Shown: piece by piece, positions 39,559 through 54,551 of the stretch | Layout of the letters: every line of letters begins with the position of its first letter | How positions within the stretch are numbered: the stretch's first letter is position 1 | Origin: the human T2T-CHM13v2.0 reference genome, Homo sapiens | Assembly (NCBI RefSeq): GCF_009914755.1 | Contig: NC_060932.1 | Reading direction: 5' to 3' (one strand) | DNA length: 64,000 nucleotides | Made by a program: the position numbers and the translations under genes | Notes under the pieces: model-generated | Databases searched by the model: none | Told to the model about the DNA's origin: nothing | What the model saw: only the letters and a program-made list of their open reading frames with translations

Positions 39559-41624
39559 TGATCCGCCTGCCTTGGGCTCTCAAAGTGCTGGGATTACAGG
39601 CGCCTGGCCAAGAAGTGATTTTGAATTTCAAGTATGTGCTCAGGTTTGCAAAGCGAATGAGTTAACCGGAGCCAGGAGGACGCTGACAGGGTAAAGTGTG
39701 GGTTAAGGAGGAGAAACACGCACACATAAAACAAACAAAAAACTTTACAAAGTTAAACATTTGTAAGCACCTGTTAAAAAGAGCAAACTTCAAGAAAGGA
39801 TGTTACGAAGGCTGGTTGCACAGGGCATTAACTGCCTGTTTGCTGAATGAAAGATCTGGCTGGATTGTATGAGTGAAAGGGGAAGTTCTTGCTTCATATG
39901 GTGAGGACTTACCTTTGCTCTAAGGTGAGAGCCCTGCCCTAGGCTCTGTGGTTGCAGCCCTGTGTGTTTCACTGTACACTGCTGCTCAGCTGACCCTGGC
40001 AACCCAGCTCTAGGAATCCTTAGTGAACACCTGCCCTGAGTACCTCTGCTCAGTTGCTCCCCTGTAGAGACTCACAGCCTGTCACTCTGACTAGAACTTA
40101 ATAGGTGTTCAGCAAGCATTTTTGAAGTAATGGATTAATGAGGGCATAGAATGAAGCTTCTGTCTTAAGGGCACAAAAAGTAGTTGGAAATGCCAGACAA
40201 GGGATATTTAGGGCCTGAGCCAAAAGTATAAGTATAAAAGCTATATTTACTCAGCTTTTGCAAATCAGAGTAGCTGTCACCACTCTGCATAGCCATAAGC
40301 CAGCAAAAAGATGAAGCCTTGTTTCTGAGACAGTAGTAAGATTCATTCTGGGGCACATACTGTGTTACCTGGTTCATCCTCCATAAACCTCACAGGGCAG
40401 GTTTTGTTATTCTGCTTGTACCCATTTTATAGCTGGGGAAAGTGAAACACCAGGAGGGACTTGTCCCCATCCAGAGCCCACATATCAGCCAACCAACAGG
40501 GCATGGACCCAGGCAGGTCTGACCTCAAGCCCACTGCATATGGCGCCTTCACTGTCTGGCCACGGTTGTCCCAGGGATATCACAAACCACAACAGGAAGG
40601 AGCTTCTTGGTGAGGCAAATGCACCCACTGATCAAGTGTTTATTTTTCCTCTTCCTCCTCATCTCACTGGAGTATGCTTCACCCTGAGCAGCTAGCCCCA
40701 GGGTTTCAGATGGATTGTTTAGATTTCAGCATATCCAGACAGATTTCAGGAACAGATTGATAGAAGATGGCTCCACTGGGGAAAGGAACTAGAATTTTCT
40801 TTATAGGGATAGTCCAGTGCGAGGGTGGAGAGAGAATAATCTGGGAACCCTGACTAATTTGACAAATGGATTTATTTCCGTGGGAGGATCTGAGCCATTA
40901 AAGCATTGGGGGCATACCAACAAAGATAAATAAATCAAATTTCAGTGTTCTCTTCCGTATCCCTACACCCCTGCAGGCACGTAAACACAACGCCAACCTG
41001 GGCGTGAAGAGGTCTGTGAGTTTGGCAAGGTAAAAAATATTCCCATTCCTACCAGGCAAATTTCTTTCCCCTAGTGATTAAGAAATTTCTGCCCAAATCC
41101 TCAGGGACTAAATCAACATTTCCCAAAGCCATCCTCTGCCCTTTTCCTTCCATTATCCCCAAGCCCCAGGGCTGCCAGCCCCCTGAGTCATTATGTAAAT
41201 GACTCACCAGCAAACCCTAACAGCCATTCACTAGGAATACTCCACCTGTAAGGTCTCTAGTTAACTGAATTTCTGTTAAACCGAAGGTTAAATAAAACCT
41301 GCCTTTTTGTATCCCTGGATATTGAAAATCTTTCTAAACTGTGTTAGTTCACTCACCTTTCTAAGTTTCTGGAGCAGAATGAAAATAATTACATTTTTGC
41401 TTGGTGATCGGGCATCTTGCATTGCCATGGGGCATTGCTCTGCCTATCAGGATTAAAATTTAACTCGAGTTTTAGACTTTGGTGAGAAGTTAGGCTGTAA
41501 CCATTCTGAGTTGAAGAGGAAATTTGTCTAATTTTGTTGAGAGAAACACAACCCTTTGCCTTCCTAGTGCCTAGCAGAGAGTCGGGAGCTCCTTTTCGAA
41601 AATGCTGATGGAGTTGATGAATGA

Positions 41625-41958
<334 letters not shown>

Positions 41959-42545
41959 TGATAATTGTGTCTGCCCTTTATTGATTGCTAGTGCTTGTTC
42001 TGGGTGTTGTGCTAAGTGCTTTGCAGGCTTAAGTCATTACATTTGAGTTGCCACACAGTGAGTGGCACGGGGTCGGTGGGCTTTACCTTCATTCTGCGGA
42101 GGAGAAAATGGAACCTGCAAAAGGCTGAATGACTTGGCCAAGAGATTCTGAAGCTAGAAAGTGACAAATCAAAATTCACATAGCTTGAGGGGTTTGGGCA
42201 ATGGCAATCTTCATCCGATGGGGCTGGATATACAGGGGCACTGCTAAAATCATGAGGAAATGCAACCTATAGGAAATGGGAATTGAGTGGGACACACACA
42301 TGCATGTGTGTGTGTGCATCTTGATAGCCCTAGACTTCCCTTCAGTTAGGGAGCAAGTATGGTGTAGTGGTTTTAGAGAAGTGATTTCCAAATTATCTGT
42401 GGGAAAGAGTAGGGGCTGTTCATTTTATTTGTTTGATTTATTAATAATGTCCAATATTTTGTAAACCGATATATTTGTAAAATACCATAGACATAAATTA
42501 CTAAAGGAATGAAGTAAAAAATAATAATAAAATGACATTCACGCT

Positions 42546-43163
42546 TGCTATGAGCTGACTGTGATCCGCCCACTTCAGCTTCCCAAAGTACTGGGATTAC
42601 AGGCATGAGCCACCAAATTTTGTATGCTGCACCAAAATTTGTATGTTGAAACCTGATCTCCAATGTGACAGTGTTAGGAAGCAGGGCCTAGGGTGGGTGG
42701 GGTAGTCAGATCATGAGGGTGGAGTCTTTATGAGGGGGATTAGTGCCCTTACAAAAGAGACTTCAGTGAGATTGCTCCCTTGCACCATCCACCATATAAA
42801 GACAGGGTGAGAGGCCACCATCTATGAATCAGGAAGTGGGTGCTCACCAGACAGTGAATCTGCTGGCATCTTGATCTTGGACTTCCCAGCCCCTAGAACT
42901 GTAAGAAATAAATTTCTGGGTTTTTCTTTTTTTATTTTTTTGAGAGGAAGTCTTGTACCCAGGCTACAGTGCAGTGGCGGGATTTCAGCTTGCTGCAACT
43001 TGGCCTCCCAGGTTCAAGCAATTCTCGTGCCTCTTAACCTCGAGTGATCTGCCCACCTCGGCCTCCCAAAGTGCTGGGATTACAGGCATGAGCCACCAAA
43101 TTTTTGTTTTTTATGAGCCATCCAGTTTATGTTTTGTTAGAGCAACTGGAATGGACTAAGACA
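42546..43163 (+). mobile_element. MLT1A-like LTR containing Alu fragments
   Basis: TGCTATG...GGACTAAGACA, with Alu pieces at 42561-42614 and 42921-43097. Confidence 0.75.
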
Positions 43164-44505
43164 AAGCCTCAGTTGTTTGTTGTAACTGTTTTCTAGATTT
43201 AACAGGCACAAGGGAAGCAAATGGGGAGCCGGTCAGCAGTGCAAGGGACTTCCAGAGGCCTAGGGACTAGGATTCTTTTTTTTTTTTTTTTGAGACGGAG
43301 TTTCACTCTTGTTGCCCAGGCTAGAATGCAATGGCGCCATCTCAGCTTACCGCAACCTCCACCTCCCAGGTTCAAGCAGTTCAAGCAATTCTCCTGCCTC
43401 AGCCTCCTGAGTAGCTGGGATTACAGGCATGTGCCACTATGCCCGGCTAATTTTGTATTTTTAGTAGAGAAGGGGTTTCTCCATGTTAGTCAGTCTGGTC
43501 TTGAACTCCCGACCTCAGGTGATCCCCCACCTCGGCCTCCCAAAGTGCTGGGATTACAGGCGTGAGCCACCATGCCCCACCCCATCTAGGATTCTTGAAT
43601 GGCCAGGCCAGCGGGATAGAGAACACATTGATCCCCAAAGATGGGTGTGGCCAATTTGTGTTCACAGTAAGGCAGACATGTGCGTGTATGACTTGCACGC
43701 ATGCACAGAGATGCAGAGACCATAATCAAGGGAGCATTTGTGTATAGCCAGAGGCACAGGACAAGATCCTTTTATTTTGCAGATAATGTCATTAGAACGC
43801 TCAGGTTTCCCCACTGTAGGACTTTGCAGATTATTAAGGTCTCTTTTTAGTCAGCCTCCCTCTGTCCCGTTGCTTTCCATATTCTTGGTGCAGATAGCAT
43901 AGGTAATAATATATTAATTACATTTTGTGGAAAACAGTGAGAGAAATATATCCTGTATACTATATATATTTGTATATATATTTATGCTTTTTTCCTCTTG
44001 ATTTTTCTGCGTACTCTATGGTCTATTTCTAGAAGTTTATCCAAAAAGCTGATAAGCATGGTTGCCTCTGGGTAGGGATTTAAGTTTCAGAGGTAGGAAA
44101 GAGAATAACTTTGCATAACATCCTCTTGTATAGTATTTGAATCTTTTAATCATAGGTATGGATTCCTTATTCAAAATGATAAACTAAAAAAATAGCAAAC
44201 CATGTCAAGTGTCTGTCTTATAGTTGGATGTTTCTGAATTGCGTCCTTTCCACGAACAATTGTTTCTGAATGTGATTAACTCTGAATGTATTTATGATAT
44301 GGTTAAAGGCTGTTTTCTCACTTAATGGAAAGAAGTGGACTGACAGAAGACCTTTGGAGGTAAAGAGGATAGAGGTGCTCAAGAGGTGGGCAGTTCCTCT
44401 AATACAAGCCAAAAAAGGGCCATACCAACTACTGGGGAGTGATGACTGCCAATAATTTCAGCAAATCAGCTGTGAAGCTATGAAGAGCTGTGCTCTTCAT
44501 GTTGA

Positions 44506-44940
<435 letters not shown>

Positions 44941-45295
44941 TGACCTGTGGCCACAGAGCTACTAAGCTGACTTTATGTAGAGAACCAGCTGACTTTCTTT
45001 ACTACCCGCACTGGGACAGGCATGGATGGCATGTTGCCAGTCTCATCTCATTTAATCCTTAAAAAATCTTATCAAGCAATATCCCTTTTTACCCATGAAG
45101 AAATTAAAACCTCAAGGTGTTAGAGGTTGATCAACTGGCCCAAGATTGCACAGCTAATAAGGCAGAGTCACCGTATAACATCAGGTTCTCTTTGGCTCCA
45201 AATGCTCAGCCCTACCCATGATCCAGCACTGCCTTAGAAGAGTAAGAACTAGGGCTTAACTGTCCATCAAAAATTGGCAAATAATTTTCTTAAGA

Positions 45296-45481
45296 TAGTG
45301 GCTCTCAAACAGTGGCTGCATCAGAATCACCTGCAGGGCTTATAAAACACACATTGCTAACGCCGCTTGTAGAGTTTCTGATTTAACAGATTTGGAGTGG
45401 GGCCTGAGAATTTGCATTTCTAACAAGTTCTCAGGTGATGCCCTTGCTTCTAGTCAGGGGACTACACTTTGAGAACCACTA
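45296..45481. mobile_element. MER5A
   Basis: TAGTGGCTCTCAAAC...CAGAATCACCTG...ACACTTTGAGAACCACTA. Confidence 0.85.
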
Positions 45482-45847
45482 TGTGTTAGTCAATTTTCAC
45501 CCTGCTCTAAAGAACTGCCCAAGACTGGATGATTTATAAAGGAAAGTGGTTTAATTGACTTACAGTTCCCCATGGCTAGGGAGGCCTCAGGAAGCTTATA
45601 ATCATGGTGGAAGGCAAAGGGGAAGCAGGCACCTTCTTCACAAGACAGAATGAGAGATACAGAGAGCAGAGAAAACTGCCACTTACAAAATCATCAGATC
45701 TTGTGAGAACTTCCTCGCTATCCTGGGAACAGCCTGGGGGAAACCATCCCCATGATCCAGTCACCAACCACCAGGTCCCTCCCTTGACACATAGGGATTA
45801 CAATTCGAGGTGAGATTTGGGTAGGGACACAGAGCCAAACCGTATCA
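45482..45847 (-). mobile_element. THE1/MSTA MaLR solo LTR
   Basis: TGTGTTAGTC...CGTATCA with a perfect 5 bp TSD CACTA (45477-45481, 45848-45852). Confidence 0.88.
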
Positions 45848-45933
45848 CACTATCCTAAAGAGATTAGAGTGGGGGCTCACAAAGCATGTTTGGTAATTTC
45901 AGGGCCAAATGTGATAGGAACACAGCAGTTTAA

Positions 45934-46227
<294 letters not shown>

Positions 46228-47319
46228 TGATTTGCCCGCCTCAGCCTCCCAAAGTGCTGGTATTACAGGTATGAGCCACCTTGCCTGGCCTTGCTTGAGT
46301 TTTAATAACTTTTAAAAAGTATCCATGTATCTCACTGATTTTAAAGTGAAAGAGGGAAATAAGTTTATGTCTGTGCATGGGCTGGAAAGAATGGGGGATT
46401 GGTGTACTTTACAGTATGGCATGCAGCGGTGATCACAGAATTCTCCAATGGGAAGACCAAATCATTAATCACAAGTCTTCTAGTCACAGGGACAGAAATC
46501 TATCTCAAGTCATTTCTTTTCAGATTGTATTTGGCTGTATGCAACAGGCTCCCTCTGACCCCGCCCAACACACATATACACACACACACACTTTTTTTTA
46601 TAAGACAGGGTCTGGAGTGCAGTGGTGCGATCTCAGCTCACTGCAACCTCTGCCTCCTGGGCTCAAGCGATCCTCCCCTCAGCTTCCAGAGTAGCTGGGA
46701 CTACAGGCATGTGTCACCATGCCCAGCTAATTTTTTGTATTTTTTTTGGAGAGACAGGGTTTCACCATGTTGTCCAGGCTGGTCTCGAACTCCTGGGCTC
46801 AAGCAATTCTCCAGCCTTGGTCTCCCAAAGTGCTGGTATTACAGGCGTAAGCCAATGTGCCCAGCCAGAAACCCACATTAAAGAGGTGTCTTGGAACCAA
46901 GTTTCTGTAGTTCTTGTACATTTCTGGAGTAAGATGGTCACTGTATTATTTTGTTGAGCTGTATTGCTTTTGCAGCTCAACAATATCAGGTCTGGCATCT
47001 CTGTAATTCTTTAAAAACTTTCTCTTTTACTCCCATTCTGAAAACAGCTGCTGTGGCTCCAGTCATCACATCTGTGTTCTAGTAAAGAAGGCAGAAAGTG
47101 AAAAGAGTGTGCTCCATTTTATCAATTGTTCATAACCTCTTTGTAGCTTTAACTGTGTCATATAACCATATCTAGCAGCAAGGAAAACGGACAGGGTAAG
47201 TATTTGCTTGTGTAAATTGCCTCCCTATACCAAATTAGGATTTTTGTTGTCAAGAGAGAAATGATTGGATATGAGGAATGCCCTTATGATCTTGCTTCAG
47301 CAGCATGGGCAAATGCCTT

Positions 47320-48120
47320 CACAAAAAAGACAAGAATGGATGGCTTTAAGAAAGTGATTTGAGTTAGCTTTTCCTGCATAACAAGCCATTCCAAATGTGG
47401 TGACTTTTTACACTTCAAGTTTAAACAAACATCAATTTGTTTATGAAAGTGTGGATTGGCAGCTTGGACTGGACTCATCTGGGAGACTTATTTCTGCTCC
47501 CTTCAGGGTCAACTGGGCTTTGTGTTATATCTGTGACTTCAGCCAGATGGTGGGGATAGGTGGAGTGGTTAGAATATCTGGGCCTTTCTTTCTACATGGT
47601 TTCTTCTCCTATAGTCACCTTCTTCACATGATGGCAGAAAGGTCTCCTATTATTGAGTGACGAATGACTCCAAAACTTGATGGATAAGCTGCCACCATTT
47701 TATTTGCTCATAACTCTGTGGGTCATTTCGGTGAAGCTCAGTTTGATGGTTCTTCTTCTGGGCTCTCCTGGTGTCTTCCATGTGGCTTAACTGAGGCTGA
47801 ATGGTCTATGATGCTCTTACTGGCCATGGTCCATTGACGTCTGGCACTTGGTGCTGGGTATTGGCTGGGTCACCTGTTCCAGCAGGCTAGCCCGGGCTTC
47901 TTCATGTGGTGAAGAGGTTCGAACAGCAGCAAGAGAAAAGGTAAGTTTCAATGCCTAAGTGCTTTTCAAGCCTCTACTTGCATCATATTTGCTGATGTCC
48001 CACTGGCCCAAGCAAGCCACATGGCCAAGCCCAGAATCGACGTGGGAGGGGACTATGCAAGGGGGCATTTACAAGGAGACCTACTTTCTTGGGGACCATT
48101 ATTCTACCAAACCACCACAT
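47320..48120 (-). mobile_element. Old MLT1-family LTR pieces
   Basis: Degenerate MaLR motifs (GCTGATGTCCCACTGGCCCAAGCAAGCCACATGGCCAAGCCCAGA). Confidence 0.55.
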
Positions 48121-49774
48121 AAGCCTCAAACCAATGACTTGAATGTCTACAGGGATCTCCTTGTCATTGCTTTTCTCTGCAAGTCCTCTTCATTCCTTTA
48201 GATACACCCCTTTCCCCAGGGTAGGAACCACAGCTGCCCTTTGCTCTAGAAATCACTTTCTCAGCTTCCGACTCAGGTGCTGGGAAGCACACTGACTAGC
48301 CTGACATGGTCTGACGCCTGTCCTGAGGCTAAGTAATCGGGATACTATTATCACCAATTTCCACTGTAACTACACGTTTGGATGGGGTTGTAGAAGGAGC
48401 AGTTTTGGAGCCACCATCCTAAAAATGAGGTGGTGCCCTGGAATAACAAAGACATACTGGCCAGACAAGACCGACAGATGGAGTTAGGGACCATTTGAAC
48501 AGGAAACGTCACAGACTGTATTTCTGGAGGTTTTTGTTTTGTTAGTTGGTTGAAAGGATCTGGTTTTAAAAAGAATTGAAGCTAGTTTAAATTCAGTTTC
48601 TATCATTTTCCAAAACGTTACCTTATTAAACAAAGCTACACATTTGAGTTATTTATTTATTTATTTTGGAAAAAGATGCAGACTAGCATCTGATGCTGGC
48701 CCCAACGGGAAACCTAGCTGGGTGTTCTTTGTGGCCAAATATACAATAGTGATTGTGTTCTTGTCTCATTCTCCCTTTCCTGAAACTGTGCTGGGAAGAC
48801 AGAAAGGAAAAAGGCATTAATTGGCATTAATTGGCACATCCATCAAGGCCTGAACTGGCACATCAGTCACATCAGGGAGGGTTTATTTCTTCCTCCAAAG
48901 CTGTTAGAAGTTTAAGAGCATGCGAAGGATGTTCCACCTTGTGCTCTGTGGATATGTGGGATTTGTGGCAAGCAGAAATGTCTGGGATGGCCTCGGCCAC
49001 AGGGCCTCTGATAGAGGCCTTTCTGCTGCATCTCATTGAGGTTCCCCATCAATCACGGGCAGTGTCAGGGCCCACCCTTGCCTTAATTTAACTGGGATGA
49101 AGGAAAGTAAAGAGAGAGTGCCTGAGAGTGAAGGAATGCTGGCCTTGGGGTATGCGATCCAATTCCATAAATAGCAGAGATTCCTGAAAGGCTTTGAGGC
49201 AAGCTCTGAGAGGTAGCCATGGCGATGAGGTACCTCTTGGCTCCCTGCTGCCAGAGAGAGGCTGCTTGCTGTCTCTTCCCAGGGGCCTGTGCTGGCATGC
49301 CTGGGCTTATTTCAGAAACTCTCCTAGACACAGCGACTGCTCAGAAGCATACCCTTAATTGGTGGAGCTGGCTCTTCTCTGACTTGGTGCCCTGCAGCAT
49401 TTCACTGGCACCCTTCTGCCCAGCAAACACTTGCCAGTAATTGTGGGGCCGCCACTGTTAGTGAACAGGCTGTGGTTTGCCTTCAAGGGGTTAGTGAGTT
49501 CTTCTTGGGTTCTTTGGTGACAATTAGGGTGTGTTTATCAGCAGGATGCCTGAGGGGTCTTCTGTGACTTTGGAAGATTAAGGCAATCTGACTTCACCTA
49601 TTCCCAATTCAGAATTCTGGCTTCCTCCTCCCTGCACAACTGGGGCTTGCATCCCCACTGGTCCTCAGTGGTATCTTGGGGACCTGGGAAGAGGAAAGTG
49701 GGATCTGAGATGTGTCTGTGGGTGCAAAAGTGGGTGGATTAGGACAGCACTCCTACTTCAACTGGCATCCCTGT

Positions 49775-50074
49775 GTTTTTTTTTTTTTTTCTGAGACGGA
49801 GTCTTGCTTTGTCACCCAGGCTGGAGTGCAGTGGCACTACCTTGGCTCACTGCAACCTCTGCCTCCAGGTTCAAGTGATTCTTGTGCCTCAGCCCCCCAA
49901 GTAGCTGGGACTATAGGCATGCGCTACCACATCCAGCTAATTTTTGTATTTTCAGTAAAGATGGGGTTTTGCCATGTTGGCCTTTGCTAGTCTTGAACTT
50001 CCAGCCTCAGGTGATCCCCCCGCCTCGGCTTCCCAATATGCTGGGATTACAGGCATGAGCCACCACGCCCAGCC
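49775..50074 (-). mobile_element. AluS
   Basis: TSD TGGCATCCCT (49763-49772, 50075-50084). Confidence 0.93.
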
Positions 50075-50085
50075 TGGCATCCCTC

Positions 50086-50819
50086 TGAGAGACAGGACTA
50101 GCTGGATTTCCTAGGCCCTAAGCCTAGCTGGGCAGGTGACTGCATCCATCTTTATACACGGGGCTTGCAACTTAGCTCACACCTGACCAATCAGGTAGTA
50201 AAGAGACCTCACTAAAATGCTAATTAGGCAAAAATGGGAGGTAAAGAAATAGCCAATCATCTATTGCCTGAGAGCATAGCAGGCGGAACAATGATCAGGA
50301 TATAAACCCAGGCATTCGAGCCAGCAGCGGCTACCCTCTTTGGGTCCCCTCCCTTTGTATGGGAGCTCTGTCTTCACTCAATTAAATCTTGCAACTGCAC
50401 ACTCTTCTGGTCCCGGTTTGTTATGGCTTGAGCTGAGCTTTTGCTCTCTGTCCACCACTGCTGTTTGCCACCGTCACAGACCCGCTGCTGACTTCCACCC
50501 CTCCGGATCTGGCAGGGTGTCCACTGTGTTTCTGATCCAGCGAGGTGCCCATTGCCACTCCCGTTTGGGCTAAAGGCTAGCCATTGTTCCTGCATGGCTA
50601 AGTGCCCGGGTTTGTCCTAATTGAGCTGAACACTAGTCACTGGATTCCACGGTTCTCTTCCGTGACCCATGGCTTCTAATAAAGCTATAACACTCACCAC
50701 ATGGCCCAAGGTTCCATTCCTTGGAATCCATGAGGCCAAGAACCCCAGGTCAGAGAACAAGAGACTTGCTGCCATCTTGGGAGCAGCCGCCACCATCTTG
50801 GGAGCTCTGGGAGCAAGGA
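50086..50819 (+). mobile_element. HERV-W solo LTR (LTR17), 3' terminus missing
   Basis: Starts TGAGAGACAGGACTAGCTGGATTTCCTAGG and follows the ERVW-1-type LTR sequence. CCAAT at 50187 and 50253, TATAAA at 50301, ATTAAA at 50381. It ends at GAGCAAGGA without the terminal ...GTAACA. Confidence 0.92.
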
Positions 50820-50821
50820 TG

Positions 50822-51156
50822 GGTTCAAGTGATTCTTGTGCCTCAGCCTCCCAAGTAACTGGGACTACAGGCATGCGCTACCACATCCAGCTAATTTTTG
50901 TATTTTTAGTAAAGACAGGTTTTGCCATGCTGGCCTTGCTAGTGTTGAACTTCTGGCCTCAGGTGATCCACCCGCCTCGGCCTCCCAAAGTGCTGGGATT
51001 ACAGGCGTAAGCCACCATGCCCAGCCCGGCATCCTTGAACCTGGGAGGCAGAGGTTGCAGTGAGCTGAGATTTTTGGCCACTACCCTCCAGTCTGGGTGA
51101 CAGGGTGAGACTCCATCTCAAAAACAAAACAAAACAAACAAACAAAACAAAAAAAC
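50822..51156. mobile_element. Duplicated partial antisense Alu (50822-51027) fused to a sense Alu 3' fragment (~51035-51156)
   Basis: Shares private variants and flank with the 49775 Alu (see findings). Confidence 0.88.
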
Positions 51157-51169
51157 CCAGAAAAACACA

Positions 51170-52380
<1,211 letters not shown>

Positions 52381-52567
52381 GATGTAGATTATTAAAAGAG
52401 GTTTTCTACAAAAAGTACATTTAAAAATTGTCAGTTTAGTGTTTATGGTTTTCTTTTATGAGGTGGCCAGGATGTGGGATAGGTCAACCTTTATGTCTAG
52501 TGCCCATGGAAACAATGTGGGGGTGGAATGAGAATGATTGCTTCATGGGAAAAAAAACAGAACAACA

Positions 52568-52569
<2 letters not shown>

Positions 52570-52605
<36 letters not shown>
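52570..52605. repeat. (AC)~18 microsatellite
   Basis: Read directly. Confidence 0.97.
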
Positions 52606-52607
<2 letters not shown>

Positions 52608-54551
52608 CATCCACTTAAAATGGCTGGTATTAGGGGAAGAACAATGGACCAAGAATGAGGATGTGACTCAGTGTGATTTAGCAGAGACTGAAAATTTGTT
52701 CATTCATTCATCACTAATTTATTCATTCAACACTGATTTACAGAACACCTGACTCTATGACGTCATACTTGGCCCTAGGAATGGAATAATGAACACAGCA
52801 GATAAATGGAACTGATAAATGGAACTTTCGAGAGAGTCAGGCATTCGCCAAAGAGTCACACTAATGAATATGTAATTACAATTGGAGTAAAGTGCTCGGA
52901 AGGAAGGAAAACTTGGCCTCTCTTGGAGGGTCAAGGAAAGTTCCTAGAGGAAAGAGCACTTGAGCTGAAATCTTAAGGTTGATCAAAAGTTGACTTCGGG
53001 GATGGAAGAAGTTGCTGGACCTGTGATTGGTTCAACCAGCATCTTGCTTAACAGCCCCTTCTCCATTGTCTTCTGCATGGGGCAACTCTATTGTGGAATG
53101 CAGCTCTTCTTAGAATAACTGAAGCATACGGTGGTTATTATCCTCTAATACCAACCCAAATTGCTGCCAAAGTATCTCCAAGCAATACAGGAAGACAAAA
53201 GGGCAATAGTTAATGAAGCTCTATTTATTTATTTATTTATTTATTTTGCTACATCCTCTGTTTCCAATTTCCTCCAACACATATTTTGAGCAGTTATGAT
53301 GTTTCAAATATGGGGTTTTTTTAAATTAAATGAAATATGTAGTCTGTCTTTGAGTCAACATATAATTGCATAATGCACTCTCTTGATGGCAGCTCTCCCA
53401 GGGTCCTCTGGGGACATCCATGTGTCTGTTCATCCCGCAATATATATTGACTGCTGTGTGCTGGGCCAGGGACGTGGGGATGAAAGAGACACATGATCCA
53501 CCTACAAGTACCTTACTTTCTAGTGCAGGGGACAACCTGTAAACGTAATTCAGTGCAGTGAGCTCTAAGAAAGAGACAAGAGGTAATAGAACTGTTTGGA
53601 AGAAGGCACTGTGGAAAGGCCTTGCCTAAAATCTGTTTTGCTTTAAGCAGAGGAAGTAGACCTCTTCCTATTTTACAGGAAAATCATTTATGGAAATGTA
53701 TGTAACTATTTTAGCTAAAATATTCTCTTTCAATTAATCTGAAGCCTGAGATGATAAATTTCTCACTGTGGAAGAAGCTTCAGTGTCCCAGCATTAAATA
53801 AAGATCATTCAGCTTCCCAAAGTGGAAGTCAAAAGCCAATATGCAGAGGTCAGTCTAGCTCAGATGCAAGCCACATTGTTATTTATTTCTTGCTGTGGAT
53901 TCTCTTGGTGTCTTGTGAAAAAAAATAGATATTTGGGGAACTTAAGTATCCCGGATTTTTCTTTTGAACTAAAGTCAACCACTGTCTGCCCTTGCTATGT
54001 TTGGTTGTTTTAAGTAAGGCTCTGTCTCAATGGCATCACCTCTAGACTCAGCCAGGGCAATTAGAGAAATGCCTCTGGGGCCTTGGAATGCATTTCCAAA
54101 CAGGATTTGAATGTGGGTGAGATCTGACAGCTCCTCACAGCCTCTTGGTACCAGCAGATGTTCTGTCCCAACAACACAGGCTGACTCCAGGATGACAGGG
54201 CAGCAGGTTCAATGAAAATGCCCGTCTTCCCTCCTCTCCTTCCATCTGCCTTATAAAGAGGTTGACAGGTGGGCATTGACAGTGGCAGCAAACCACCCAC
54301 ACCGTTTAGTTCTGCCCACTGCACTTTTCCACGAGGAGTCCCTCAAGGATGCAGCTCCCAGGCCTCCCAGCTTGTCTGCCTTGTCCAGAACTGTTTTTTG
54401 CTGCTCAGTGTAGCAGCTAAGAACTTGAGCTCTGGATTTTGACAAATCTGGCTTTGAAATCCAGCTTTGCTGCTAACTAGCTGTGGGGCCTTACACAAGT
54501 TGCTTTATTTCCCTGAATTGCCTATAAAATGGGTATAATAATAGTACCTAT

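Noticed and set aside
50669-51010. 113 aa ORF across the LTR17-Alu junction as a possible viral gene
   Set aside because: It consists of U5 plus Alu sequence; no PBS, gag, pol or env is present.
52801-52826. Short tandem duplications (GATAAATGGAACT x2; also ~24150-24197, ~34092-34135, ~62792-62860)
   Set aside because: Ordinary slippage-size duplications with no further support.
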